Source: Spirochaetes bacterium ADurb.Bin218
Lineage (GTDB): Bacteria > Spirochaetota > UBA4802 > UBA5550
Direction: 5' to 3'
Assembly: GCA_002069965.1 (NCBI GenBank)
Contig: MWCI01000010.1
Span: 4,144-68,143 of the forward strand
Length of the DNA: 64,000 nucleotides
Shown one piece after another: positions 1-9,817 of this stretch. The position numbers and the translations under genes were made by a program. How positions within the stretch are numbered: the stretch's first letter is position 1; the number at the start of each line of letters is the position of its first letter. The notes beneath the pieces are model-generated. The model was given only the letters and a program-made list of their open reading frames with translations. It was not told where the DNA came from and did no database searches.

Positions 1-196
1 GTGCAAGCATGCTAATTGCGTTTTCTACCTGTGTCCTTATTATCTTATCGTAATTCTCTTTCAATATTCTTTCTGTATTTGCAACCTGCTCTTTGTTCTG
101 GACATAGATCTGATAGACAAAAAAAGACATAACAGACATACATGACACTGTTGTAACAGAAATTATTATAAACACCAGCCTGTTTGCAAGCTTCAT
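1..196 (-). CDS. Sensor protein N-terminus (signal-anchor TM plus start of a Cache-like periplasmic domain); partial, C-terminus lies beyond the left window edge
   Basis: Not in the ORF track. Minus-strand ATG at 196-194 sits 5 nt after an AAGGGGGA RBS. Translation is MKLANRLVFIIISVTTVSCMSVMSFFVYQIYVQNKEQVANTERILKENYDKIIRTQVENAISMLA: a hydrophobic anchor followed by a helix typical of Cache-sensor starts in MCPs and kinases. Confidence 0.55.
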   Translation of the reverse strand, partial: MKLANRLVFIIISVTTVSCMSVMSFFVYQIYVQNKEQVANTERILKENYDKIIRTQVENAISMLA

Positions 197-261
197 ACAT
201 ATCCCCCTTTGTAAGCCATATTCTCTAATTTATATTTATTCCTTATCTAATAAAATTCAGA

Positions 262-295
262 GGTATGGACTACCATAAGGCGCGCAGCCCATACC
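262..295 (-). terminator. Candidate stem-loop downstream of the lutB/A stop
   Basis: ggtatgg (262-268) pairs with ccatacc (289-295). The loop is GC-rich, and aattttatt follows on the minus strand. The loop is long, so this is weak. Confidence 0.25.
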
Positions 296-324
296 CTGAT
301 ATATCAAAAATAAGGAGGACTATA

Positions 325-2457
325 TCAATCTTCAAGCATCTGTGCCAAAATTTCCACTGTATGCATTGCCTTTATTTTATCACCTGCTTTATCGAGCCCT
401 CCCCTTATCTGAAGGACGCATCCCGGACAATCCATAGCAACCAATTTAGTCCCTGTGTTGCGTATATTAGCAAGCTTCCTTTCAAGAATTGGTCTTGAAA
501 TTTCAGGCAATTTTATAGAATAGGAGCCTCCCATTCCACAGCACATATCACACTCAAACATCTCATTAAGTTCATAGCCGCAGGCCTTAAGTATCTCCCT
601 TGGTTCCTGAGATGCCTTCAAGGTTCTCTTTAAATGACAGGAATCATGGTAGGTAAAGGTTCCTCCGTCGATCTTTTTAATCTTAAGCCTTCCTTCATCT
701 ATTAGCTTCTTTGTAAATTGTGAAAAATCCATTGTCATCTCTGAAAGCCTTTTAGCTTCATCCATATATTCACTTTTTCCAAGACTTTCAAAGGTTGAAA
801 TAAATTCATCCTTTAAGGCCACTGTGCATGTTGGACATGCTGATATTACATACTGGACATCCTCTTTCAGTAAGGCCTTTATATTATCCACAGCGTTGTT
901 TGCTGCAACCTCATAGGCTCCATTATATCTCGCAGGAGCCCCACAGCATGTTTGCTCATCTGGATAAACAACCTCATATCCCGCTTTATTCATTATTTTC
1001 ACTAAGGCCTCACCCATTTCTGGATAGGCAAAATCTATAAGACAGCCAGAATAAAAGGCCACCTTTTCTTTACTCTTAATCTGTTTGATCTTTTTGATCC
1101 TGTCTCTAAAAGGAACTGCAGCGATGGAAGGCAAACTTCTACCCTCTGTAAGATCTGAAAGGAATAATGGAAGATGGCGAATATATCCCTCACTTGTGAA
1201 AGGCTTACCTGTAATTGATGCAGCTCGCAACATCGCATGGAACATACGCCTGTTATTTACAACAGAAAAAATTGCCTTCTGAGTAAGAGACTGTCCCTTT
1301 TCAACTACAAGTCTTCGTCTAAGCTCCATAATCATATCCGGGATATCAAGCTTGCCAGGACAAACCTCTTTACAATTACCACATTGAATACAAAGCCCCT
1401 GAATATCCTCAGATTTTTTAAGTTCTTCAAACCATGCTGTAAGTATTGTTCCTATACCTCCAGTATATGTGCTTCCAAAAACATGACCACCCACAAGACG
1501 AAATATTGGGCAAACATTAAGGCAAGAGCCACACCTGATGCATTGCATTGCCTGAAAAAACTTTGGATCCTTTACCATCTCTGTTCTGTGATTATCCATC
1601 AGAACAATATGCATATCCTTCATTGTTCCATCGGTATTTTGCGTTGGCCCTGTTATTATAGAAACATAACTTGTCAGTAATTGAGCTGTTGCACTACGGG
1701 GGAGAGCTGTTAAAATCGGAACTATATCTTCGAATTTTTCGACAAACTTTTCTATTCCTACAAGAGCAACGTGAATCTTTGGGAGTATTGTTGTCATCCT
1801 TGCATTACCTTCATTTGTAACAAGGACAATACTGCCTGTTTCTGCAACAGCTATATTTGCGCCAGATATTCCCATATCTGCAGCAAGGAATTTTTCACGC
1901 AACTCTCTCCTTGCGACCTCAACCAATTTAGGAATATCATTGGATAGCCTTTCATTTACCTCCTTGCTAAATAGCTCAGACACCTGTTCCTTTGTCATGT
2001 GTATTGCAGGCATAACCATATGAGAAGGCCTCTGACCTGCAAGCTGGATTATCCATTCTCCAAGGTCTGTTTCGTTAACAGCAATTCCTTTTTCATTGAG
2101 GTATTTATTTAAGTGAATCTCTTCACTTGCCATTGATTTTGATTTTACAATTCTTTTTACATTTTTTTCAATGGCAAGATTTACTATATAATCAACAGCC
2201 TCCTGCGCACTATTTGCTCTGAAAACCTTTACTCCACGAGCTGTGGCATTTTTTGTAAAAAGGGCAATCATATCCTCAAGATGAGATGCTGCATAGGCCT
2301 TTCTCTCTGCAATGGTATTTCTGAGTTTTTCAAAGTCGATCCCTTCATAGGCTTTAGCTCTGTTTACCCTGTAGGCCTCCGAAAACTTACCCAGAGCTCC
2401 TGTCAAAACAGAATTATTTACAGCATTAACAATAGATTCTTTAAATTTCTTTTCCAT
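325..2457 (-). CDS. lutB: Lactate utilization Fe-S oxidoreductase, LutB::LutA fusion (LUD/DUF162 domain + two 4Fe-4S motifs + two C-terminal CCG cysteine-rich domains)
   Basis: Ferredoxin-type clusters CIRCGSCLNVCP and CIQCGNCKEVCP. C-terminal CCG motifs EQTCCGAP and CDMCCGMGG. I trimmed the start to MEKKF (ATG at 2457, GAGGGG RBS) rather than the track start at 2520, which would overlap lutC by 59 nt. Confidence 0.85.
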   Translation of the reverse strand: MEKKFKESIVNAVNNSVLTGALGKFSEAYRVNRAKAYEGIDFEKLRNTIAERKAYAASHLEDMIALFTKNATARGVKVFRANSAQEAVDYIVNLAIEKNVKRIVKSKSMASEEIHLNKYLNEKGIAVNETDLGEWIIQLAGQRPSHMVMPAIHMTKEQVSELFSKEVNERLSNDIPKLVEVARRELREKFLAADMGISGANIAVAETGSIVLVTNEGNARMTTILPKIHVALVGIEKFVEKFEDIVPILTALPRSATAQLLTSYVSIITGPTQNTDGTMKDMHIVLMDNHRTEMVKDPKFFQAMQCIRCGSCLNVCPIFRLVGGHVFGSTYTGGIGTILTAWFEELKKSEDIQGLCIQCGNCKEVCPGKLDIPDMIMELRRRLVVEKGQSLTQKAIFSVVNNRRMFHAMLRAASITGKPFTSEGYIRHLPLFLSDLTEGRSLPSIAAVPFRDRIKKIKQIKSKEKVAFYSGCLIDFAYPEMGEALVKIMNKAGYEVVYPDEQTCCGAPARYNGAYEVAANNAVDNIKALLKEDVQYVISACPTCTVALKDEFISTFESLGKSEYMDEAKRLSEMTMDFSQFTKKLIDEGRLKIKKIDGGTFTYHDSCHLKRTLKASQEPREILKACGYELNEMFECDMCCGMGGSYSIKLPEISRPILERKLANIRNTGTKLVAMDCPGCVLQIRGGLDKAGDKIKAMHTVEILAQMLED

Positions 2458-2461
2458 ACAA

Positions 2462-3007
2462 TTACCCCTCATATTCATCCACAAAGAGAATAACAAGCCT
2501 TTTTGGCCCATGGACTCCAATAGTCAAAACCCGCTCAATGTCTGCAGTTCTACTTGGCCCTGTGATAAAGGCTATGAAAGGACTTTTCACTGGACTTATA
2601 TTTTTTAAAAGCGAAACCTTATCAGCTAAAATTTTATTTGTTCCTATAATTGCCACATGAATCACTGGCAAAGTGGAGGCTAATCGATCTTCAACAGGAG
2701 TTTGATCTGCAACCAATGACCCTGTATCTGCAAGGGCATAATTCATCTCTGTAATACCGACAAGAGAAGAAGCAGCCAGTTCTCTTGTCACAGAAAATTT
2801 TAATCCCGGAATCTCTGCCGATAATTTCCATTTATCAATACCCTTCAATAAAGGGGAATCCGCCCACAGTGCATAGGAATTTTCTTTATCAGAAACTCCC
2901 TCTTTAGCTAAAAAGGATTTTAAAAAATCCAAAAGTTCATCTTTGCTTTTAAATCTATGGACTTCTGCTCCAACTGCTTCAGCCCTTGCCTTGAATTGAT
3001 CAAACAT
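2462..3007 (-). CDS. lutC: Lactate utilization protein LutC (LUD domain)
   Basis: About 181 aa, LUD-family length and sequence, immediately upstream of lutB/A. I preferred ATG at 3007 (MFDQFKARAE) with a GGGGG RBS over the TTG at 3022. Confidence 0.8.
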   Translation of the reverse strand: MFDQFKARAEAVGAEVHRFKSKDELLDFLKSFLAKEGVSDKENSYALWADSPLLKGIDKWKLSAEIPGLKFSVTRELAASSLVGITEMNYALADTGSLVADQTPVEDRLASTLPVIHVAIIGTNKILADKVSLLKNISPVKSPFIAFITGPSRTADIERVLTIGVHGPKRLVILFVDEYEG

Positions 3008-3036
3008 AGTTACCCCCAACAACTTTCTTTAATTAT

Positions 3037-3071
3037 CTCGGGCTTAAAATAACAAAGATTTTAAGCCCGAG
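3037..3071 (-). terminator. Intercistronic hairpin between PFOR and lutC (terminator or attenuator candidate)
   Basis: 13-bp perfect stem ctcgggcttaaaa / ttttaagcccgag with a 9-nt loop. It lies in the 61-nt gap after the PFOR stop. Confidence 0.45.
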
Positions 3072-3083
3072 CAAAATTCTAAT

Positions 3084-6000
3084 TTACTCTGCTAATCTTT
3101 TATACTTATTGTATCTCCACTTAGCATCTTCCTCTGCAGCCTTAAAGAGAGTTTCTGCTTTGTCAGGGAATTCCTTCTGCAATGAGGTATATCTTACCTC
3201 TCCCATCAAAAACTCTCTAAACTTACCAAAATCTGGCTCCTTGGAATCCAGAACAAAAGGATTTTTACCTTCCTGCTCAAGCAATGGATTGTATCTATAA
3301 AGCTGCCAGTAACCGCACTCCACTGCCAATTTCGCTTCAAGCTGCGATTTACCCATACCTGCTCTAAGTCCATGGTTTATACATGGCGCATAAGCTATTA
3401 TCACTGATGGGCCTGGATAGCTCTCTGCCTCCATTATCGCCTTCAAATACTGGCTCTGATTTGCTCCCATGGCTACCTGTGCTACATACACATATCCATA
3501 GGACATCAATATCATACCCAGATCCTTCTTCCTTATCTTCTTCCCTGAGGCTGCAAATTTTGCTATCGCCGCTGTCGGTGTTGCCTTGGATGACTGCCCT
3601 CCGGTATTTGAATAAACTTCAGTATCCATTACCAGTATATTCACATCCTCTCCACTTGCAGCAACGTGATCCAAGCCTCCAAAACCTATATCATAAGCCC
3701 AGCCGTCTCCTCCGAATATCCAGATAGATCTTTTCACCAGATACTGCTTTAGCTTTAATATCTCCCTGGCTGAATCTGCACTGTCCTTCTCAAGAAGTGG
3801 TACTATTCTGTCTCTCAACTCCTTAGTCTTCTCTCCATTTCCTCTGTTTTCTCTCCACTCCTTAAGCAGGCTCTTTAGCTCTCCATTGCTTCCCTCTGTC
3901 TCATACCTAAGGCTCAAATCATATATCCTGTCTCTCAGCTTCTCCACCGCAAGATTCATTCCATAGCCATACTCCGCATTGTCCTCAAAAAGTGAGTTCG
4001 CCCATGTCGGTCCTTCTCCTTTGTGGTTCTTGCAATATGGTGTTGCAGGCGCTGATGCACCATATATGGATGAACAACCTGTCGCATTGGCTATCATCAT
4101 CCTGTCTCCATATAGCTGTGTTATTAGCTTTATGTATGGTGTCTCGCCACATCCTGCACAGGCTCCTGAAAACTCAAATAGTGGCTGGGCAAACTGACTT
4201 CCCTTCACACTTGCCTTTGACATCAAGTTGTCCTTATATGTAACATTCTTGCTCATGTATTCCCAGTTCTCTGTCTCTGACATCTGGGTCTCAAGATGCT
4301 TCATCTCAAGAGCCTTATCCTTTGCAGGACATACCTGGGCACAGTTGCCGCATCCTGTACAATCAAGAACACTCACCTGTATCCTGAATTTCAATCCCTC
4401 AAAATCCTTTCCCTTGGCTTCCACTAACTTCATTCCAGCTGGTGCTTTCTTCTCTTCTTCTGCATTCAATAAAAATGGCCTTATGGCTGCATGGGGACAT
4501 ACATAGGCACACTGGTTACACTGTATACAATTCTCTGGTATCCACTGTGGCACACTTACTGCTATGCCCCTCTTCTCATAGGCACTTGTCCCTGCTGGAA
4601 ATGTACCGTCTTCTCTATCTACAAATGCACTTACTGGTAACTGATCTCCCTCAAGTCTGTTTATTGGCTCCACTATCTTCTTTATAAACTCTGGCACTTC
4701 TCTTCTGTCTTCCTCTTTTATTCCTGCCAGTGCCTTCCACTCCTCTGGAACCTCTACCTTCTCTACATTCTCTGCTCCCGCATCTATAGCCGCATAATTC
4801 TTCTTTACTACATCCTCTCCCTTGCGGCCATAGCTCTTATCTATTGCCTTCTTCATCTCCTTCTCTGCTACCTCGTAAGGTATTACATTGGATAGTTTAA
4901 AAAAGGCTGCCTGCATTATCGTATTTGTCCTTGTACCAAGGCCAAGTTCCTCTGCTATCCTTGTGGCATTGATTATATAAAACTTTATATCATTGCGCGC
5001 TATATAAGCCTTCATCTTATCCGGTAGATTCTTTAGCACCTCTTCCTTGCTCATTATTGTATTAAGCAAAAAGGTCCCTCCCTTCTTTAATCCTCTCAAC
5101 ACATCATACTTATATATATACGATGGTACGTGACAGGCTACAAAATCTGGCTGATTTATCAAGTAGGTTGACCTTATTGGACTCTTCCCAAATCTCAGGT
5201 GCGATACTGTTATACCTCCTGACTTCTTTGAGTCATAGGCAAAATATGCCTGAGAGTATAAATCTGTTGTGTCTCCTATTATCTTAATTGAATTCTTGTT
5301 TGCTCCCACTGTCCCATCGGAACCAAGTCCAAAAAATTTCGCCTCTATTGTCCCTTCTGGTACTACGCTCACATCCTCTCCTACTGGCAATGACTTAAAT
5401 GTTACATCATCCACTATTCCCACTGTAAAATTGTTCTTTGGCTCTGGAAGCTTCAAGTTCTCATACACTGCTATCATCTGCGCTGGCGTTGTATCCTTAG
5501 AACTCAATCCATATCTGCCTCCAACTATCAATGGCGCATTCCCTCTATTATAAAATACATCCTTCACATCCAGATACAGTGGCTCTCCTCCTGCTCCTGG
5601 CTCCTTGGTCCTATCAAGTACTGCTATCCTCTTTACACTCTTTGGCAATACCTCTAACAAATACTTCGCTGAAAATGGCCTGTATAAATGAACTGATATA
5701 AGACCTACCTTCTCTCCCTTTGCTCTTAAATAGTCTATTACCTCTTTTATTGTCTCTGTCACTGAACCCATCGCTATTATTATGTTCTCTGCATCTGGCG
5801 CTCCATAATAATTAAATGGCTTGTATTCCCTTCCGGTTATTCGGCTTATCTCATCCATATAACCTTTCACTAAATCTGCAAGACCCTCATAATACTTATT
5901 CCCTGCTTCCTTTGCCTGGAAAAATATATCCGGATTCTGCGCTGTACCTCTTGTGCATGGAGACTCTGGATTCAATGCCCTCTTCCTGAATCCCTCCAGG

Positions 6001-6599
6001 GCTTCCCAATCTATTAACTTCTTAAACTCTTCATACTCTATTACTTCTATCTTCTGTATCTCATGAGATGTCCTGAAACCATCAAAAAAATGCAAAAAGG
6101 GAACTCTACTCTTTATGGCACTTAAATGCGCTACTCCTCCTAAATCCATTACCTCCTGTACACTCCCACTTGCAAGCAACGCAAAGCCTGTCTGCCTCAC
6201 TGAATATACATCTGAATGATCTCCAAATATTGACAGTGCATGCCCTGCCAGTGTCCTCGCACTTACATGAAATACTGCTGGCAAAAACTCACCTGCCATC
6301 TTATACATATTTGGTATCATCAATAATAATCCCTGACTGGCTGTGAAAGTCGTTGTCAGTGCTCCTCCCTGTAGCGAACCGTGTACCGCTCCAGCTGCTC
6401 CTGCCTCTGACTGCATCTCCGCTACTCTCACTATATCTCCAAATATGTTCTTCTTACCCTTGGCAGCCCACTCATCTACTAACTCCGCCATCGTCGATGA
6501 TGGAGTTATGGGATAAATCGCTGCTACCTCTGTAAAGGCATAGGCCACATGCGCAGCCGCTGTATTGCCGTCCATAGATTGCAATTTTTTAACAGACAT
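3084..6599 (-). CDS. nifJ: Pyruvate:ferredoxin (flavodoxin) oxidoreductase, single-polypeptide NifJ/PFOR type
   Basis: 1171 aa. Ferredoxin domain has CIQCNQCAYVCP and CTGCGNCAQVCP. TPP-binding region is GGDGWAYDIGFGGLDH. AGGAG RBS. Confidence 0.95.
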   Translation of the reverse strand: MSVKKLQSMDGNTAAAHVAYAFTEVAAIYPITPSSTMAELVDEWAAKGKKNIFGDIVRVAEMQSEAGAAGAVHGSLQGGALTTTFTASQGLLLMIPNMYKMAGEFLPAVFHVSARTLAGHALSIFGDHSDVYSVRQTGFALLASGSVQEVMDLGGVAHLSAIKSRVPFLHFFDGFRTSHEIQKIEVIEYEEFKKLIDWEALEGFRKRALNPESPCTRGTAQNPDIFFQAKEAGNKYYEGLADLVKGYMDEISRITGREYKPFNYYGAPDAENIIIAMGSVTETIKEVIDYLRAKGEKVGLISVHLYRPFSAKYLLEVLPKSVKRIAVLDRTKEPGAGGEPLYLDVKDVFYNRGNAPLIVGGRYGLSSKDTTPAQMIAVYENLKLPEPKNNFTVGIVDDVTFKSLPVGEDVSVVPEGTIEAKFFGLGSDGTVGANKNSIKIIGDTTDLYSQAYFAYDSKKSGGITVSHLRFGKSPIRSTYLINQPDFVACHVPSYIYKYDVLRGLKKGGTFLLNTIMSKEEVLKNLPDKMKAYIARNDIKFYIINATRIAEELGLGTRTNTIMQAAFFKLSNVIPYEVAEKEMKKAIDKSYGRKGEDVVKKNYAAIDAGAENVEKVEVPEEWKALAGIKEEDRREVPEFIKKIVEPINRLEGDQLPVSAFVDREDGTFPAGTSAYEKRGIAVSVPQWIPENCIQCNQCAYVCPHAAIRPFLLNAEEEKKAPAGMKLVEAKGKDFEGLKFRIQVSVLDCTGCGNCAQVCPAKDKALEMKHLETQMSETENWEYMSKNVTYKDNLMSKASVKGSQFAQPLFEFSGACAGCGETPYIKLITQLYGDRMMIANATGCSSIYGASAPATPYCKNHKGEGPTWANSLFEDNAEYGYGMNLAVEKLRDRIYDLSLRYETEGSNGELKSLLKEWRENRGNGEKTKELRDRIVPLLEKDSADSAREILKLKQYLVKRSIWIFGGDGWAYDIGFGGLDHVAASGEDVNILVMDTEVYSNTGGQSSKATPTAAIAKFAASGKKIRKKDLGMILMSYGYVYVAQVAMGANQSQYLKAIMEAESYPGPSVIIAYAPCINHGLRAGMGKSQLEAKLAVECGYWQLYRYNPLLEQEGKNPFVLDSKEPDFGKFREFLMGEVRYTSLQKEFPDKAETLFKAAEEDAKWRYNKYKRLAE

Positions 6600-6638
6600 T
6601 GAATCACTCCTTAATATAAAACTAAATTCTATTAAAAT

Positions 6639-6664
6639 TAAAGGGGCAGAAATCTGCCCCTTTA
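6639..6664 (-). terminator. Rho-independent terminator after lctP
   Basis: aaggggcag / ctgcccctt stem with a 4-nt loop, followed by a T-rich run (ttaatttt) on the minus strand, 15 nt after the lctP stop. Confidence 0.6.
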
Positions 6665-6678
6665 AAGTTTAGCTAACT

Positions 6679-8352
6679 TTAAACCCCAGGAAATGGATCA
6701 TAACCATTGTAAATGAGTATAGCCAAAATAAATGCAACAGTTATGCCCATTATAAACATCGGAATTGCATTTCTTCTTATGATTTTACCCTCAACCCCTG
6801 TTGTACCTACTGTAGCGCAGGCTGCAACAACGTTATTTACACATACCATATTTCCAACAGCACCACCTATAACCTGCAAAGCAACTATAAGCAGTGGTGA
6901 CATAGAAAGAATCTTTGCTGTTTCGAACTGTAGAGATGCAAAAAGAATATTTGAAACAGTATTTGAACCAGAAATAAAAGCACCAAGTATACCAACAAAA
7001 GGAGCAAAGAAAGGATAAGCCATGCCAGTAATAGCTGCAACACCTTTAGCCATTGTGGTCATCATACTATCAAGGCCAGCTCCATTTGTTCCAGACTTAA
7101 GCATAAGCTGAACCATGGCAACACCAAAGAATAGTGCAAGCGCAGGTCCAATAATCTGCTTAAAGGAAGTCTTCCATGCAGTTTTAATTTGCTCTCCATT
7201 CATGCCATGAATCAGATGAGTTATGAGAGCAACAAGAATAAATGGAATAGTCCCTGGCAGATATAGATATGGCAATCCATAATTAAGCCCTTCGATTCCA
7301 AGTATGTTCTTAATATTGAGTGTTTGAGCAGCAAATATAGCCTTTAGACCAATTTGAGGAACACGAGTAAGAATGAGTATTATGGCAATAAGAATATATG
7401 GAGTCCATGCCTTAACAAGGGACATCTTTGACTCAACCATTGCTCCAGTATCGATTGAAGCTTTCCAATCCTCTTCCCATTTGGATTTATCTTCAAAATC
7501 CCAAACCCTCTTTGGCACCAAAAAACCCTTCTGTGCAGCAATAACAACTATTGGCAGACCAATCAAAGCTCCAACAAGAGAAGGAAGTTCAGGTCCAATA
7601 AACGAAGCAATGAGAATATAAGGTATTACAAAGGCAGCGCCTGCGAAAATTGCAAAAGGTGCAGCCTCAAGAGCAGGTTTGATAGATCTTTCCCTACCAA
7701 AAAATTTAGTAAGCATACATAATCCAAGGAGAGGAATGAAAATACCAACACAGGCATGTCCTATAGCAACCCACTGAGCAAGAGTCAGTTTAAAACCTTC
7801 CACAATGGCTGGATCTTTTGGAAGATTTCCTGCAAGAGTTGACATAGCACCAAAAATTGGAGTTCCCACAGCACCAAAGCTCACAGGGGTGCTATTAAAA
7901 ATTAAAGCAACCATAGCAGCAGCCAGAGGAGGAAAACCCAATCCAACAAGAAGAGGACCAGCCAGAGCTGCAGGAGTTCCAAAACCAGCAGCACCCTCAA
8001 TCATAGCACCAAACATCCAGCCAATAATTACAGCCTGAATTCTCTTGTCAGGTGAAATATTCATAAATCCACTATTGATAGAAGCCATTCCACCTGAAAG
8101 CTTTAAGGTGTTTAAAATAAGAATAGCACCAAAAATTATAATAAGAACGTCCAGAGCCTTAAAAGCACCGAAGAGGGAATATCCCATGATGTGATGCAAA
8201 TCAATGCTCCATGTAAAAAATGCAATGGCAACTGTCAGAATCCATGCCACAGGCAAAGCCTTCTTGGCAGGCCAGTTAAAAACAGCCATTACAACAATAG
8301 TAAAGAGAATAGGGATGAAAGCTAAAAAAGCTAATCCTAAGTTTGCCCCCAT
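6679..8352 (-). CDS. lctP: L-lactate permease (LctP/LldP family)
   Basis: 557-aa polytopic membrane protein with Gly/Ala-rich helices typical of the LctP family. GGAGG RBS. Sits in a lactate-metabolism context. Confidence 0.9.
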   Translation of the reverse strand: MGANLGLAFLAFIPILFTIVVMAVFNWPAKKALPVAWILTVAIAFFTWSIDLHHIMGYSLFGAFKALDVLIIIFGAILILNTLKLSGGMASINSGFMNISPDKRIQAVIIGWMFGAMIEGAAGFGTPAALAGPLLVGLGFPPLAAAMVALIFNSTPVSFGAVGTPIFGAMSTLAGNLPKDPAIVEGFKLTLAQWVAIGHACVGIFIPLLGLCMLTKFFGRERSIKPALEAAPFAIFAGAAFVIPYILIASFIGPELPSLVGALIGLPIVVIAAQKGFLVPKRVWDFEDKSKWEEDWKASIDTGAMVESKMSLVKAWTPYILIAIILILTRVPQIGLKAIFAAQTLNIKNILGIEGLNYGLPYLYLPGTIPFILVALITHLIHGMNGEQIKTAWKTSFKQIIGPALALFFGVAMVQLMLKSGTNGAGLDSMMTTMAKGVAAITGMAYPFFAPFVGILGAFISGSNTVSNILFASLQFETAKILSMSPLLIVALQVIGGAVGNMVCVNNVVAACATVGTTGVEGKIIRRNAIPMFIMGITVAFILAILIYNGYDPFPGV

Positions 8353-8432
8353 TTTATACCTCCAAAGAATTTAAATTTATCCCCCCGAACTACTTCTTAG
8401 AAAAGAGAGCAGACAGGTTAAAAGTTCATCAG

Positions 8433-8445
8433 ATGGTCTGACCAT
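8433..8445. promoter_or_regulatory. 13-bp palindrome ATGGTCTGACCAT (candidate GntR/FadR-type operator) upstream of lctP
   Basis: Perfect inverted half-sites ATGGTC/GACCAT, 81-93 nt upstream of the lctP start. A TTGACT (minus strand, 8469-8464) lies 18 nt upstream. The whole block 8433-8484 recurs at 9633-9690. Confidence 0.5.
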
Positions 8446-8629
8446 TAGACTACCAAAACACCAAGTCAAGCCTTTTTTAAATAAAACCGTCCACATGGTC
8501 GTAAAAAATTTATTTTTTGAGATAAAAAGAGCTTTTTAAAAATAAAAGGCACTTAAAAAATAATAAACAGCGGTCATTTCCCCTAAAATAACCAAACTCA
8601 GGAAAAAATCAAAAAAACTTAAAAAATTC

Positions 8630-9583
8630 TTAATTAACAACATTTATAGGCCTACCTTCAAGAAAGGATTTAATATTTTCTGTCATTTTTTCCACCAATC
8701 TTTGCCGTGCTTCAACAGTCTGCCAGCCTATATGAGGGGTCATAATAACATTTTCCATTGCAAAAAGCGGATTATCAATCGCAGGAGGTTCAACTTCCTG
8801 AACGTCTAAGGCTGCACCTGCAATTAAACCTTCTTTCAGGGCAATAATTAAATCGCTTTCTTTGATTATTGCCCCCCTTGATGTATTTATAATAAAAGCG
8901 CTTTTCTTCATCATCTTGAGCTTATTCATATCAATCAAGTGCTTTGTCTTATCTGTAAGAGGAGAATGTATTGAAATGAAATCACTCTCTTTAAGCAACT
9001 CCTCAAGGTCAGCAGATCTTGCATCTTCTCCCAGATTATATGTCTGTACATCATAATACAGAACCTTCATTCCAAGAGCCAGAGCCACCTTTATCACCTG
9101 TCTGCCTATTGCCCCTGCACCAATTACCCCCAAGATCTTTCCTCCAACATCATGATGAGGAACCTGGAGAAATTTAGTAAAATTTTCATAATTCCCTTGC
9201 TTCAGCATTGAAATCTGCTTTTGAATAGAGGAACTCAAATTTAACATCAGGGCTATGGCAAGCTGTGCCACAGAGTAGGTGCTATACCCAGGGACATTGC
9301 AAACAGTAATTCCTCTTTCCCTTGCAGCTTTTATATCAATATTGTTATATCCTGTTCCAGCCTCGCATATAAGCTTGACAGTGCCCGGTAAAGCTGCAAC
9401 AACTTCAGCAGAAACGGACAACTCCTTTGTTATAATTATATCCTGATCCTGAGCTCTTTTTGCAATATCTTCAATTGGAGTAAATTCATACTCTGAGATT
9501 TGTGCGATAGAGCGCAAAGCAGAAAAGTCCAGCTTTCCATCATAATTAAACTTCATATAGTTTAAAATTGCGACTTTTTTCAT
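8630..9583 (-). CDS. D-isomer-specific 2-hydroxyacid dehydrogenase (D-lactate/glycerate dehydrogenase family)
   Basis: 317 aa. NAD-binding motif GVIGAGAIGRQV. Catalytic-region motifs NTSRGAII and TPHIGW. GGGGG RBS. Confidence 0.85.
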   Translation of the reverse strand: MKKVAILNYMKFNYDGKLDFSALRSIAQISEYEFTPIEDIAKRAQDQDIIITKELSVSAEVVAALPGTVKLICEAGTGYNNIDIKAARERGITVCNVPGYSTYSVAQLAIALMLNLSSSIQKQISMLKQGNYENFTKFLQVPHHDVGGKILGVIGAGAIGRQVIKVALALGMKVLYYDVQTYNLGEDARSADLEELLKESDFISIHSPLTDKTKHLIDMNKLKMMKKSAFIINTSRGAIIKESDLIIALKEGLIAGAALDVQEVEPPAIDNPLFAMENVIMTPHIGWQTVEARQRLVEKMTENIKSFLEGRPINVVN

Positions 9584-9632
9584 AGCTACCCCCTTTTATA
9601 AATATAAATGATATTCTAAGTAAAGCCATCTT

Positions 9633-9645
9633 ATGGTCAGACCAT
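9633..9645. promoter_or_regulatory. 13-bp palindrome ATGGTCAGACCAT (second copy of the candidate operator) upstream of the dehydrogenase gene
   Basis: Lies 50-62 nt upstream of the start at 9583. A TTGACT (minus strand, 9668-9663) lies 17 nt upstream. The flanks align with the lctP copy. Confidence 0.5.
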
Positions 9646-9748
9646 CAGATGGAAAAACCAAAAGTCAACTGTTTTTTAGAAAAAAATTTCATATCATAGC
9701 AGAGGATAAAAATTTTCATGATAGCTTTAGCTTTTAACAATAAAATTC

Positions 9749-9777
9749 TTGAAATAAAATTTGATTTAAAATATTAG
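9749..9777 (+). promoter_or_regulatory. Candidate sigma70-type promoter for the 703-aa gene
   Basis: TTGAAA (9749-9754), 17-nt spacer, TATTAG (9772-9777), about 40 nt before the ATG at 9818. Confidence 0.3.
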
Positions 9778-9817
9778 AAAAATTTTAACATTCAAATCGA
9801 AAATCATAGGTAATACA

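Noticed and set aside
264-279. tATGGactaCCATa palindrome resembling the ATGGTCWGACCAT operator, upstream of the partial sensor gene
   Set aside because: The spacing is different (4 versus 5 central nt), the GTC/GAC core is missing, and it is embedded in a probable terminator hairpin. It is too degenerate to call a third operator.
3109-6535. Multiple plus-strand ORFs of 60-114 aa antisense to the PFOR gene. Similar antisense ORFs occur inside lutB/A, lctP, rny, relA, the ABC genes, the FecR gene and the MCP genes.
   Set aside because: They lie wholly inside long, well-supported genes on the other strand. Their compositions are low-complexity Ser/Leu/Pro-rich, they lack RBSs, and they match no family. 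They are typical shadow ORFs.
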